A DNA stretch of 64,000 bases from Nanobdellota archaeon. Its GTDB lineage: Archaea; Nanobdellota; Nanobdellia; Pacearchaeales; GW2011-AR1. Under the pieces are notes generated by a model. The model was given only the letters and a program-made list of their open reading frames with translations, ran no database searches and had not been told where the DNA came from. Within the stretch, counting starts at the first letter, position 1, and every line of letters starts with the position of its first letter. This document shows positions 1 to 10,162 of the stretch, piece after piece. The position numbers and the translations under genes were made by a program. The stretch covers positions 119,797-183,796 of the forward strand of contig JAJZAH010000001.1 in the NCBI GenBank assembly GCA_021799535.1, in the 5' to 3' direction.

Positions 1-245
1 ACTTTTATGAATAAAATAAAACAAGGATGTCTGCCCTAATTTGAATGGGCTCTCTCCAGCTTCGGCTGGTTTGAAAAGCTGGCTTTATGCCGGCTAAAAG
101 GGTTGGCTTTTTTGACCAGTCCTCTGAAGAAGTTCTTCAGGAATGCCAAGATTATTGGCTGGAAAGGCCAATAGCAAAATATTGACCTTTCCGTTATATC
201 TATTAGTACATAAAAAACTTTAAAGATAGAATTTTTCTACAAGAC

Positions 246-1451
246 ATGCTCCTTGAAATGGTGCTCTTTCTTCTTGCAGGGATGGCAACAGGAATTCTTG
301 CTGGATTAATCCCGGGAATACATACAAACCTCATTGGAGCAATATTAGTTTCAGGAACGCTTTCATTATTGATAGGGATTAATCCAATTTACCTTGTAAT
401 ATTTATAGTGGCTATGTCCATATCACAAGTTTTCATTGATTTCATACCTTCAATATTCCTGGGAGCCCCAGAAGATGGAACAGAATTATCCGTGCTACCG
501 GGCCATGAAATGCTTAAAGAGGGGGAGGGGTTAAAAGCGGCTAACCTTGCGTTCATTGGAGGACTCGGAGGAATATTCTTGTTCTTTCTGTTGATCCCTC
601 CCCTTTATTTTGGCTCAAAGATTATCGGAAACCTGCCGGGGATAGTAATTGCTTTAGGTCTTATGGGAGTTTCATTAAATATGATTTTGTCCGAACAAAA
701 AAAAGCTTCCGCAATTTTAACATTTATTCTGTCAGGTGCTCTGGGGTTGACAGCATCAGGACTTGAAATAAATGAACCCCTGCTACCTCTATTAACTGGA
801 TTATTTGGATCTGCAGGATTATTTTTTAGCATAAATCAAAAAACAAAAGTAGAGAAACAAAAAGATGATGAAGGAAGCATCCAGGAGGGAATTAAAGAAT
901 CAAAAAGGGCACTTGTATGGTCTGCGATGTTCTCTCCTCTTAGCCTTTTCCTTCCGGCATTGAGCAGCGGGCAGATAGCAATAGTAAGCAATCAGTTTGC
1001 AAAATCTGAAAAGAAGCAGTTTCTACTCATGCTCGGAGCAATAACCATGCTTTCTATGTGCTTATCATTTTTGGGACTTTTTCTAATTTCAAAAACAAGA
1101 ACAGGGTCAGCAGCCGCCATAATGTCCCTCGTCGGAACGCCGGACCTTAAGACTTTCATACTCATTTCAATCACAATTTTAATATCAGGGGTTTTATCAT
1201 TCCTCATAGCAAAAAAAGTTTCCAAAAAATTCATAGCAACGCTTGAAAAAGTGGACTACTCTAAGGTCTCAATCGCAACAATAATTCTCATTGGTATTGT
1301 GACATTCTTCGTATCAGGGATTCTTGGATTAGTCATACTTGCAATGTCTACTGCGACAGGGATTTACTGCATAAAGCTAGGGGTAAAAAGGACAAACATG
1401 ATGGGGAGTCTAATTCTCCCAACAATTCTTTTCTACCTCAAAATGGCTTAA
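246..1451 (+). CDS. TctA/DUF112-family polytopic membrane protein (putative transporter)
   Basis: 401 aa, strongly hydrophobic with multiple TM segments. N-terminal GILAGLIPGIHTNLIGAIL resembles the G-x-LPGxG signature of the TctA/DUF112 family. Confidence 0.45.
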   Translation: MLLEMVLFLLAGMATGILAGLIPGIHTNLIGAILVSGTLSLLIGINPIYLVIFIVAMSISQVFIDFIPSIFLGAPEDGTELSVLPGHEMLKEGEGLKAANLAFIGGLGGIFLFFLLIPPLYFGSKIIGNLPGIVIALGLMGVSLNMILSEQKKASAILTFILSGALGLTASGLEINEPLLPLLTGLFGSAGLFFSINQKTKVEKQKDDEGSIQEGIKESKRALVWSAMFSPLSLFLPALSSGQIAIVSNQFAKSEKKQFLLMLGAITMLSMCLSFLGLFLISKTRTGSAAAIMSLVGTPDLKTFILISITILISGVLSFLIAKKVSKKFIATLEKVDYSKVSIATIILIGIVTFFVSGILGLVILAMSTATGIYCIKLGVKRTNMMGSLILPTILFYLKMA

Positions 1452-4400
1452 ATAAACTCAGAGAGCCCAGACTGCTTTTCTAATTCCCTCCCAAATATAC
1501 TATCAATATACCCTTTTATTAGGAGAAGGTTTTGCTGTAAGTAAGAACTCAAGTTATATTTTTTTGCCAAGGAGAGGGCTGGTTCAAGGTACTTTTTTAT
1601 TCCTCCTTCGTTTATTGTGAAGATTATCTTCCCTCCGCAAGTCGGGCACTTCCCATCAAGAGGGGGACGCCTCATTATTTCATTACACTGAACACATCTG
1701 AAAGACTGCATCGAGAAACTTCTAAGATTACCTCTAAGATCCCTTATGAAATGCCTGTTGATAACAAGCCTCGCGGTGTCCGCGGTGTCTACGGCCCTGA
1801 TTTTTTCCACCAAAGCCATCTGGTGATCCACTTTATCGATCATACTTTCAAGAAGTTTATAGGATGAACAAACAACTCCGTCGTTAATATTTTTCGTATT
1901 ATGAGTGAACCCCAAATTCCTAAATGGATCCCTCCCCTCTCTTAAGATCTTCTTTACTGTGAGGAGATCTACTTTGGATGAGTGGACTTTTTCTTCCGCG
2001 AGGCGGTATAATTCAAGAGGATACTCTCTTACGGCTTCAAAATCAAGAATTTGATCATCAACTTCTCCCGCATCAATCTTAGAATTCAGCACCAAAGGAG
2101 CATCTTGATTACCTCCTCTATGACTTGGCAAGAACTTCCTTGAAAAGTTAATCAGAACATCTCCCAAGAGCATTATGGCCGCCTCGTCACCGTCACAGTC
2201 TCTTCTTATGGCAGCGTGCATATATGGACTTGCAAGAAGCCCGAGAGTATTGGAAAACCCTATAAAACGACAAACGACACCTGCACAGTTATGCGGAGCC
2301 ATGCAGACACCAAGAGTCCCAATCAGATCTTCACGGGTTTTAACATTATAATAAGAGGGAAGATTATAAACTTTAACAAGGAGGTCATCTATGAAGTTGC
2401 AGATTTTAATGAAAACATCTTCCCCTTTTTCATCAGGAGTTTCCGAAGAGCTCGGTATCAAAATATCATGCGGCATCAATTCAACGATCTGATCTTCAGT
2501 CACAAGAGGCCTCCCGTATATGTCCTCATCATAACCTAACTCATTTAGCTTTTTTACGCTGGCACCGATCTCTTTTGGTCTGAAAGAAACCAGGGGAAGT
2601 TCAGTTGCATCCATTCTTATAGTTCCATCTTTGTTGACTTGTAGACCATACTTTGACCTGAGCATACCCTTAACAAGATTCTCGGGAATTTTCGATTCAG
2701 AGCTCAACCCCCTTATACCTTTTATCAACGAAGGGAGAGTATCTTTTATTAACCCAAGAACATCTTTGGCCTTGTTAAAATAATGGTTTATATCTATCTT
2801 TTGAGGGCAGTATTGAAGGCCTTCTTTCTGGGAGTATTCCGACTTGCTTTCAAAGGATTTTTCTTTTATGTCAGAGAAATAATATTTTTTCTTTGTCCTC
2901 TGCCCGCAATTTTCACATACTCTATAAATAGTTTCAATTGCACAATTCTCACAGTAGAATACAGGAAAAGAGCTTTTTACATACCCAACAGAACAAGCCG
3001 CCTCAACACTCCTCAACCTCCCACCCTCTTCACCGACGGGGAACAAGACGTTCGGACTCCCTGTAAGCTTTCTAACCTTTGCCTTTTCTGGTCTTCCCAT
3101 CCTGGTTCCGATAAATTCCCCAGATTTGTCTTTTATCCTAAATTTGGAAAAAGAATTGACCATTTCTAAAACCGCCTTGGTAGAATCAAAGTTTTTTGGA
3201 ATCATTTCATTAAGGAAAGTTTTTCCAGAAAAAACCTCCGGAGAAATTCCAAAATTTGCAAGTAACGCCCGACTCGCAACTTTGTCAACAACTACTGTTT
3301 CAATTGCGACATTGTGGGGGACCCCCAAAAGCTCAAGAGCCCGTTTCCCAAGGGAAAATTTTTCTCTGTCTCCTTTAGACCAGGGAAAAACCAGTTCCGA
3401 ATCAACCCAAGAAGACTTAAGCCAGGATAAAAGCCCAAAAAATTCCTCCTTGGAAATTTCCTTCCAGTAGAAGATATACTTTGGATGTAACGGAACATCG
3501 TACTCTTTACTAAAAAATAGTGCATCGTCAAAAGAAACGTGGTAATAATCCAAGTCACCTTCAAAACCCTTTTCTTTAAGCTCTTTGAACCACCACTCTT
3601 CGACATATCCTGGTGTGATTAGGTTAGAATTCCTATTTAAGAGATCTGAAAAAGGAAAAAGAATATCGCCAAGATAAATGATCTCTTCGACATCTTTGTA
3701 AATATCTCTTGCTTTGTCTTTATTATCCAGCTGGATAACACTCCCGTTTTTTAATTTCACGATCGGACCTTCTATCTCATCACAAGTCGTGACAGCACAA
3801 CCTTTCGTCGGTTTCTCGATTTTAAGCTGAGTCCCTATTGCTATGAAATTATCTGTTATAGACATGGTTGCAGGGTGCACTGAGACGGCACTAAAGCCCG
3901 AAGAACGGCCACGCCCATATCTAAATCTGAATCCTCCAGAACGCGAAGGATGTCCAAAAACAGGTCTTCCCGCAACAAGGTCTTTTATATAAGTCGGAGA
4001 ATTATGACTTTCATCTTTTCCAAGAGTCCTCTTTTCATGGATCTCAATATATTCTTTTAGAAAATCAAACCCTGAAGATTTTATCCCGTTCTTTTTCGCT
4101 TGATTAAGCAATCGAAAGCCTTTTGCGGCTTTCTGGGCGAGACCTTCCGCCATAACAAGGCAAAATCCGCTTCTCAAAAAATTCGTGTTGACTCTTTCAA
4201 GGTTTTTATAATTTGAAACTTCCAGTCTCTCCGAGGGTTCTCCTGCAACCTGAAAAGGCATGTTCTTCGCAAGAAAGAGGGTTTCTTCTTCAGTAGGCAT
4301 ATATTGGAGATTTGTAATCCTTTCGTGAAAATCAGAAAGCTCCGCCCAAACCCTTTTTACCTCCTTCTCTGTCGGATCATATTTGGCAAAGCCAAATCTC

Positions 4401-4909
4401 TCCCTCATGAAATCAATGAGCATTAAAGCGATGCATGAAGCAGTGGTTCCTGCAGACCTTATTGGGCCTGAAAAGTTGGCAAGAATATAGTCTTTTCCAT
4501 CCCTAGTTTTTCCAATTTCAAGACCTGTATAGCCCTCTATAGGGCTTGAAACAACCCCTAAAGTAATATAAGCAAGACCAACCCTTATCCCAGCGTCCAT
4601 GGCTTCCAAAACGGCAGGAAATTTGCAAAATTTCTGATCTGAAACCTCCTCAGCAATCTTAAAAACGACTGTGGGGTCAAGCTTGCCATATTCCTTTTCC
4701 AGATCAAGAATCCTTTCTGCAATCCCTGATTTATTCATCTGAGGGTAAATTGTAGAGATAAGACCCACAACCTTTTCCGCCATACTGGTAGCAAGAGGAA
4801 TTTCAACAGAATCTACGGGATCAAGGCCTTTCGCACGGGCAAGATTAGCAATAGAGTAAACTTCATCAATTTTCTGTTTCAAATCCTTAAAATAATTTCC
4901 TGTATTCAT
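1448..4909 (-). CDS. DNA polymerase II (PolD) large subunit DP2
   Basis: 1153 aa. C-terminal Cys clusters CPTCGGKI and CVQCNEIMRRPP (zinc fingers). Size and overall pattern are typical of archaeal DP2, and the gene sits next to the DP1 and orc1/cdc6 genes. Confidence 0.8.
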   Translation of the reverse strand: MNTGNYFKDLKQKIDEVYSIANLARAKGLDPVDSVEIPLATSMAEKVVGLISTIYPQMNKSGIAERILDLEKEYGKLDPTVVFKIAEEVSDQKFCKFPAVLEAMDAGIRVGLAYITLGVVSSPIEGYTGLEIGKTRDGKDYILANFSGPIRSAGTTASCIALMLIDFMRERFGFAKYDPTEKEVKRVWAELSDFHERITNLQYMPTEEETLFLAKNMPFQVAGEPSERLEVSNYKNLERVNTNFLRSGFCLVMAEGLAQKAAKGFRLLNQAKKNGIKSSGFDFLKEYIEIHEKRTLGKDESHNSPTYIKDLVAGRPVFGHPSRSGGFRFRYGRGRSSGFSAVSVHPATMSITDNFIAIGTQLKIEKPTKGCAVTTCDEIEGPIVKLKNGSVIQLDNKDKARDIYKDVEEIIYLGDILFPFSDLLNRNSNLITPGYVEEWWFKELKEKGFEGDLDYYHVSFDDALFFSKEYDVPLHPKYIFYWKEISKEEFFGLLSWLKSSWVDSELVFPWSKGDREKFSLGKRALELLGVPHNVAIETVVVDKVASRALLANFGISPEVFSGKTFLNEMIPKNFDSTKAVLEMVNSFSKFRIKDKSGEFIGTRMGRPEKAKVRKLTGSPNVLFPVGEEGGRLRSVEAACSVGYVKSSFPVFYCENCAIETIYRVCENCGQRTKKKYYFSDIKEKSFESKSEYSQKEGLQYCPQKIDINHYFNKAKDVLGLIKDTLPSLIKGIRGLSSESKIPENLVKGMLRSKYGLQVNKDGTIRMDATELPLVSFRPKEIGASVKKLNELGYDEDIYGRPLVTEDQIVELMPHDILIPSSSETPDEKGEDVFIKICNFIDDLLVKVYNLPSYYNVKTREDLIGTLGVCMAPHNCAGVVCRFIGFSNTLGLLASPYMHAAIRRDCDGDEAAIMLLGDVLINFSRKFLPSHRGGNQDAPLVLNSKIDAGEVDDQILDFEAVREYPLELYRLAEEKVHSSKVDLLTVKKILREGRDPFRNLGFTHNTKNINDGVVCSSYKLLESMIDKVDHQMALVEKIRAVDTADTARLVINRHFIRDLRGNLRSFSMQSFRCVQCNEIMRRPPLDGKCPTCGGKIIFTINEGGIKKYLEPALSLAKKYNLSSYLQQNLLLIKGYIDSIFGRELEKQSGLSEFI

Positions 4910-5766
4910 CCTCTCCCCATTAACTTTTTCATATACAGCGCTCCTCCATCCTGGCTATCCCTGGATTCAGAAATCAAGGTAGGGGTCATTTTAAATTCTT
5001 TTATAACTGGAAGAAAATGTTCAAATTTTGGGAGATATTCTTCTTCAAAGTAAGCCCTATGCTTCTTTTCACCTTTGCTGTTAAATTCAACAGGATAAAA
5101 ATGACAATGAACCTTCTTTAGTTTTTTCATGCCAATCTGTTTTTTCACTTTCAGAAGAAGACTTTTGAAGTCCTTCGCCGAATTAAGTATCCCTCCTCTT
5201 GAATGTATATGCCCAAAATCAAGGCATGGCTCGCATCCGGTTCTCCTGCATATCTCAAGAATCTCATCAAGACTTCCAACTTGGGAAAATTTTCCCATAG
5301 TTTCGGGGAGGATTTTCACAGGACCCTTGTATCTCTTTTTAACCTCTTTTATTCCTTTGACAATTCTATCTATAGGATTGCCGGAGTTATGGAATCCCGG
5401 ATGGAAAATAATTTTCTCTGCCCCCATTATTTCTGCGAGATTTAACGTCTTGACCATCTCTTTAACGGAGTTCTCAAAAACACCTTCTTTTTCAGAAGTA
5501 AAAACTATATAATAAGGCGTATGAACTGAGAGAGCGATACCTAGTTCTTTTGCCTTCTTCCCAATTTGCTCTGCAACTTCGGGGGCCGTTTTAGCGCCAT
5601 AAGTCATCAGATACTCATAAGCATTAAGCCCTATTGAGCTTACCCACTCAACAGCATTCACCCTCTTCTTTCCGAGCTTCGATTTAAAAAAATTCGGGGG
5701 GGTTCCACTCGTCCCGTAATGTGTCTCAAGTGTTTCCATTTTCCTCTTTAGACTTATTTTCATCAT
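4906..5766 (-). CDS. nfo: Endonuclease IV (AP endonuclease family 2, TIM barrel)
   Basis: Motifs SVHTPYYIVF, IIFHPGFH, ILPETMG and CLDFGHIHSRGG parallel E. coli Nfo LPHDSYLINL, LNFHPGSH, VIENTAG and CIDTCHAFAAG. Overlaps both neighbouring genes by a few codons. Confidence 0.65.
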   Translation of the reverse strand: MMKISLKRKMETLETHYGTSGTPPNFFKSKLGKKRVNAVEWVSSIGLNAYEYLMTYGAKTAPEVAEQIGKKAKELGIALSVHTPYYIVFTSEKEGVFENSVKEMVKTLNLAEIMGAEKIIFHPGFHNSGNPIDRIVKGIKEVKKRYKGPVKILPETMGKFSQVGSLDEILEICRRTGCEPCLDFGHIHSRGGILNSAKDFKSLLLKVKKQIGMKKLKKVHCHFYPVEFNSKGEKKHRAYFEEEYLPKFEHFLPVIKEFKMTPTLISESRDSQDGGALYMKKLMGRG

Positions 5767-7351
5767 GATACAATTTCACCTTATCCTCGCCGGTTTCAAA
5801 ATCAAGAATCTTTATCTGCCTAGTTTTTAGATTTATCATGGGAACCTTGCAGTGATCAGGAGTATTACCAAACTTTTCCTGATAAGGAGTAAGACCTTCC
5901 CAACTCGACGCTGAAACAATTAGAATATTATTAAAGTACGCAACCCCACTCTTATGTGTGTGACCAGAGAGAAATATATCTGGTGTGTCTTTAATGACTA
6001 AAGGATCACTTTCAAGAGGGAGATATTGCGCTGAGGTATGAGTTGGCGCAAGATGCCGATTTTTAAGAAGGTACTTCATGATTTTCTCCGGCTGATTCAT
6101 AGCTTTCTCTGATATGAGGGAAGGAATAACATTCGCATAAAAAGGAAAAGAAAAGCCATGATAGATCAAAACATTAAACCCGTCAAAAGTATTACTCTTC
6201 CCGATATTTACTGTTGAAGGGTTGCTTACTAGTATTGCATTTTCCAATTCATAAACAGGCCAAGCATATTTTTCATCAAGAGGGGGTTGCGGCTCGGCAA
6301 GTCTGACACCATCATGATTCCCGGGAGAAATTATTATAGTAATGTCTTTTCTTATTTGACCAAGAAGGTCGGCAATCCCCCGAAATTGCGCTTCAAGGTC
6401 GATGATTTTCAAATCTGGTTCTTGATCAGGGTAGTTACCGATCCCAGTGACAAGATCGCCTGCAATGAAGAGATATTTTATATTTTTCACTTCGGGTGTC
6501 CCTTGAACCTTCCCATTAAGATAATCTATAAATTTCAGAAAATCCTTCTCGAGGAAATTTTTGCTGCCATAATGTATATCTCCAAGGAAAAGAGCATATT
6601 CCTCAGCATCGGACCTTTTGCGTTCGGGAAGAGTTGCTTCAGGAAAGAGTATCTTATTTGCAAAAAGGATTTCCTTATTACCGGTTCCCTGAAAGCCCAA
6701 AACAGAATCCAAAGTAATCTCGTCAGCATCCTTAACCAGGTCTTCCTTACCAGAGCTCACAAGAACTTTCATTTTACCTGTGAGATCCTCTATTTCAAAG
6801 ATTAAGTTCTTATTTTTCGTGACTTGCTTGTCTGAAACGATTCCTATGACCGAAAATTTTTGCTTTTCGCCAGAGATTTTGCTTATTGAAACAAGATTCT
6901 CAAGCTCAGGACAGTTTTGGAGCAAATCTTTCATAGATTCATACCTGCCTCGAAAATGATTCACAAAATCCTTGACTTCAGGCTTCTTATCTGATTGGTA
7001 AAATGAATAGAGAACTTTTACCTTCCTTTGAGAAGAGGAAAGATTTTCCCTGCTCCTTTTTTGCTGTTCTTTTATGTAAATAGACTCATCAGAGAGATCT
7101 AATTTTGAGTAAAGATCCTCTCTCTCAGGGTCTTCTTTTGGAAAAAATTCACTGGCAAATTTACCCACCTTATCAGAATTTTTTTTTATCAGAGAGAGGG
7201 TTATAAATCTCTTTCCAAGAGTAACCTTAACTTTATCAAGAAAAGCCTCAAGAAGCGAGACATTTTGAAAGGAAGAGAAAGCATTCAGGAGAGCTGCATC
7301 TAGGAGAATGTTCTTTTTTATACAAATTTTCTGAATTTCTTCCTGCTCCAT
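5726..7351 (-). CDS. DNA polymerase II (PolD) small subunit DP1, calcineurin-like phosphoesterase
   Basis: 541 aa. Phosphoesterase motifs GDIHYGS, FIAGDLV, GNHD and GHTH. Adjacent to cdc6 and DP2. Confidence 0.8.
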   Translation of the reverse strand: MEQEEIQKICIKKNILLDAALLNAFSSFQNVSLLEAFLDKVKVTLGKRFITLSLIKKNSDKVGKFASEFFPKEDPEREDLYSKLDLSDESIYIKEQQKRSRENLSSSQRKVKVLYSFYQSDKKPEVKDFVNHFRGRYESMKDLLQNCPELENLVSISKISGEKQKFSVIGIVSDKQVTKNKNLIFEIEDLTGKMKVLVSSGKEDLVKDADEITLDSVLGFQGTGNKEILFANKILFPEATLPERKRSDAEEYALFLGDIHYGSKNFLEKDFLKFIDYLNGKVQGTPEVKNIKYLFIAGDLVTGIGNYPDQEPDLKIIDLEAQFRGIADLLGQIRKDITIIISPGNHDGVRLAEPQPPLDEKYAWPVYELENAILVSNPSTVNIGKSNTFDGFNVLIYHGFSFPFYANVIPSLISEKAMNQPEKIMKYLLKNRHLAPTHTSAQYLPLESDPLVIKDTPDIFLSGHTHKSGVAYFNNILIVSASSWEGLTPYQEKFGNTPDHCKVPMINLKTRQIKILDFETGEDKVKLYHDENKSKEENGNT

Positions 7352-7365
7352 CTTTTAAATTTCAA

Positions 7366-8583
7366 TCAGGAATAGACCATATTTTCCCTGATAATTTCTT
7401 TAGCTTTATTCAAGACGGGTCCTGAAAGAATGAGTTTAATTTCTCTCATCCTTCCCCCTCTGCCTTTTGAAATGACCCTGACATTTATAATTCCAAGCAT
7501 ATCAAATTCCTGGATTATATCTCCCACTCTTCTTTGAGTAAGGGGTTCGATCTTATAGAGGGTGCAAAATCTCTGATAATTGGAATAAACATCCCCTGTA
7601 AACAAAGGGATTCCTTCTTTTTCTTCAGAAAGGAGAATGATTGAATTAAGAACCATTTGGAATTGCTTTGGATGATTAGTAATAACGTCAAGAATTTTGT
7701 CTCTCTCAATTTTACTTTTTGCTTCATCTATATGCTTCAAAGTGACTCTCTTTTCCCCTTCTCTTTCCGCAAGCTCCCCCGCCACCCTTAAAAGGTCAAG
7801 AGCTCTCCTTGCATCCCCTGATTCTCTCGCAGCATAGGCAGCGCACTTGGCAATTACACCACTGCCAAGAACATTGTCCTTAAAAGCACCTTCAACCCTT
7901 TTAGCAAGAATGTCCTGAATTTGAACTGCATTATAAGGAGAAAAGACAATTTCTTCTTCAGAGAGTGAACTCTTGACTCTTGGATCAATATTTTCAAGGA
8001 AAGTAAGATCATTTGAAATGCCCACAAGAGATATTTGGGATTTTGAAAGCTCAAAATTCAGCCTAGTAAGGTTATATAAAAAGTTATTTGAGATTTTCTT
8101 GACTAATTGGTCAATTTCATCAAGGATTAAAATAACCAACTGTTTTCTCTGTTCTATTAATTCAATGAATCTACTGTAAACTGCCTGCGTTGGAAGCCCT
8201 GTGGCAGGAATTTCACCCCCCAGCTGCCTTATAATTTCAGCAAGAATTCTATATTCTGTATCAGCAACTTGCTTTAATTTACAATTAAGATATTGTATCT
8301 TTAACTCAAAACCAGAATCGCTATTTTTCTGCATCCTTTTCTCAAGAGCCTCCTGCACTTTGAGGATAGAAAGAGTCTTTCCTGTTCCAGTATTGCCATA
8401 AAGAAAAAGGTTACTTGTTTTCTCTCCTCTTAAGACAGGTGCAAGAATAGAAGCAATTTGCTTTATTTCTTTTTCACGGTGAGGAATTTCCTCAGGCATA
8501 TAATTAGACTGCAGGAGAAATTTATCTTTAAAGATATTATTCTCGTCAAAAGAATCAAAGATTTCATCAAGATCATCTGCCAT
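7366..8583 (-). CDS. cdc6: Orc1/Cdc6 replication initiator (AAA+)
   Basis: Walker A LYGNTGTGKT, Walker B ILDEID, C-terminal winged helix. Archaeal Orc1 length of 405 aa. Confidence 0.85.
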   Translation of the reverse strand: MADDLDEIFDSFDENNIFKDKFLLQSNYMPEEIPHREKEIKQIASILAPVLRGEKTSNLFLYGNTGTGKTLSILKVQEALEKRMQKNSDSGFELKIQYLNCKLKQVADTEYRILAEIIRQLGGEIPATGLPTQAVYSRFIELIEQRKQLVILILDEIDQLVKKISNNFLYNLTRLNFELSKSQISLVGISNDLTFLENIDPRVKSSLSEEEIVFSPYNAVQIQDILAKRVEGAFKDNVLGSGVIAKCAAYAARESGDARRALDLLRVAGELAEREGEKRVTLKHIDEAKSKIERDKILDVITNHPKQFQMVLNSIILLSEEKEGIPLFTGDVYSNYQRFCTLYKIEPLTQRRVGDIIQEFDMLGIINVRVISKGRGGRMREIKLILSGPVLNKAKEIIRENMVYS

Positions 8584-8635
8584 TTTTTCACCTTGGGTTT
8601 TACTAATGGAAGGCTCAAAAAAGAGACACGTTTAT

Positions 8636-8647
8636 TTCCTATGGAAA
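8636..8647. repeat. ORB-like element TTCCTATGGAAA
   Basis: Palindromic core matching the TCCAnnGGAAA core of archaeal origin recognition boxes. A second copy lies 19 bp downstream and a third at 9161. Confidence 0.45.
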
Positions 8648-8665
8648 ATCTCTTGTCTGAGTAAA

Positions 8666-8677
8666 TTCCAACGGAAA
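8666..8677. repeat. ORB-like element TTCCAACGGAAA
   Basis: See 8636. Confidence 0.45.
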
Positions 8678-9160
8678 AAAATGAAAACATTATATAAAAG
8701 ATTATGACTACTAAAAAAGAAAGACACCTTAATTTCTAATGGAGAACAATTATTTTTGCCCTCTTTAACATAAAAGTCTAACACAAAAGATCGAATTCTT
8801 TTTAAGAGAACCTTTTTACAAAGTTCTTTGAACTTTTGAACCAACAAAAGCCTATTAAAAATCTATTAATTCCATAATTAATTAGTTAATTAATTAAAAT
8901 TCAATTCCCCTTGGATCAACCTTTATTATTTATTATATTAGCCTTCCAAGATTCTTTCAGAAAGAGACTTACAGAATAAATTTACATAAATTTTTTCTTT
9001 TAATATATATAATTGATAATTTTCTTTTGATTTAAAGTGAGGGTTTAATTGAAGAAATTATTGAAAATATAACAATTCTTTTTTGATTTATATAATTAAT
9101 AATATAAAATTTTTTAAATGAAGTAAAAAAACAAGAAATCAGATCCTTAAAAAATAATAT

Positions 9161-9172
9161 TTCCAAAGGAAA
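9161..9172. repeat. ORB-like element TTCCAAAGGAAA
   Basis: See 8636. Lies on the far side of the AT-rich candidate DUE. Confidence 0.45.
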
Positions 9173-9395
9173 TAATGGTGTCAGGTTCTCTGCCACCTCT
9201 TTTGTATATAAAATATAATATTTGATTTCTAAATAATTCTTATTTATATATCTTTAATTTAATTTTAAAGTAATGATAGTATGAAGAAAAGACCCCCGAA
9301 TAAATTTCTTTTAAAGTCTTCTTTCAACAAACCTCAAAAAGAATATTATTCTTTAATTTAGATAACTTTATAAATAAATTATTTCTAACAAAGGT

Positions 9396-9656
9396 ATGCA
9401 AACGGAAAAGATTGTATTCAACTCCATTCTTGGAAAAATGATTGTAACTAAAGAGGGGAAAAGGCTTGGTTTTGTAAAGGATGTGACTTTTGAAACGAGG
9501 TCAGGAGAGTTAATTAACCTTGTAGTCAAAGACTCTACTGTGTATGTAAAAAATCTAAATCTTGAAATGTCTGAATCAAATGAGTTGCTTATTCCATATT
9601 CTTCTATAATTGCCATAGGGGATTTTGTAGTTGTTTCTGAAGAAGACCTTATATAA
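9396..9656 (+). CDS. PRC-barrel domain protein
   Basis: 86 aa, with the pattern ILGKMIVTKEGKRLGFVKDVTFETRSGELINLVV typical of archaeal PRC barrels. Confidence 0.45.
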   Translation: MQTEKIVFNSILGKMIVTKEGKRLGFVKDVTFETRSGELINLVVKDSTVYVKNLNLEMSESNELLIPYSSIIAIGDFVVVSEEDLI

Positions 9657-9665
9657 TTAAAATAT

Positions 9666-10133
9666 ATGCAAATCTTTAAAAAGAGAAGCTTTTTAACCAT
9701 TATAATGATGGAATTTGTGGGATTTGCCTTCACAAAAATTTATGCTGAGAGGTTTTTTGAGAATACGGATAAGTCGAAGATTGAAACCTCTCTTAATCTG
9801 ACTTCTATAGAGGAAATTTTCCCAAAAGCTGATTCCAAGAAAGATTCTATTTTGAAAGTTTCTTTTAAATATGAAATTAATTATTCAGAAGGAGTTGCCA
9901 AAATTGAAATTCAAGGTAACCTTTTCATATCTTTAGAGAAGTCTTTTGCAGAGGAGATTTTAAAAAAGTGGGAAAAGAAAAATTTAAGTGACTCTTTTAA
10001 ACTGCCCGTCTTTAATACCATAATGCATAAATCAAATATAAAATCGCTTCAGATTGAAGATGAACTGGGTCTTCTTCCTCATTTTCAGTTGCCTTCTTTG
10101 AGCCTCTCGAAAAAAGATGAGCTCCATAATTAA
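9666..10133 (+). CDS. Hypothetical protein
   Basis: 155-aa ORF with an N-terminal hydrophobic segment and no recognisable motif. Confidence 0.3.
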   Translation: MQIFKKRSFLTIIMMEFVGFAFTKIYAERFFENTDKSKIETSLNLTSIEEIFPKADSKKDSILKVSFKYEINYSEGVAKIEIQGNLFISLEKSFAEEILKKWEKKNLSDSFKLPVFNTIMHKSNIKSLQIEDELGLLPHFQLPSLSLSKKDELHN

Positions 10134-10162
10134 TTTATAAATCTCTTTCTCTTGTTCTTTCT

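Larger units (their letters stand above)
8584..9395. other. Candidate replication origin (oriC): ORF-free region of very low GC with ORB-like palindromes
   Basis: Sits immediately upstream of cdc6 (minus strand). TTCCTATGGAAA at 8636-8647, TTCCAACGGAAA at 8666-8677 and TTCCAAAGGAAA at 9161-9172 flank an extreme A+T stretch (~8870-9150). Only short spurious ORFs are called here. Confidence 0.5.

Noticed and set aside
2216-3606. Several 100-130-aa ORFs antisense to or overlapping the DP2 gene
   Set aside because: They are nested inside a well-supported 1153-aa polymerase gene and have low-complexity composition, so they are spurious.
1448-4909. Intein in PolD large subunit
   Set aside because: At 1153 aa it is at the compact end of the DP2 size range, and no extra block with intein splice-junction motifs was seen.
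8458-8847. Short overlapping ORFs on both strands at the 5' edge of cdc6
   Set aside because: They fall in the AT-rich origin region, overlap each other, and have K/I/F-rich composition expected from AT-rich DNA.
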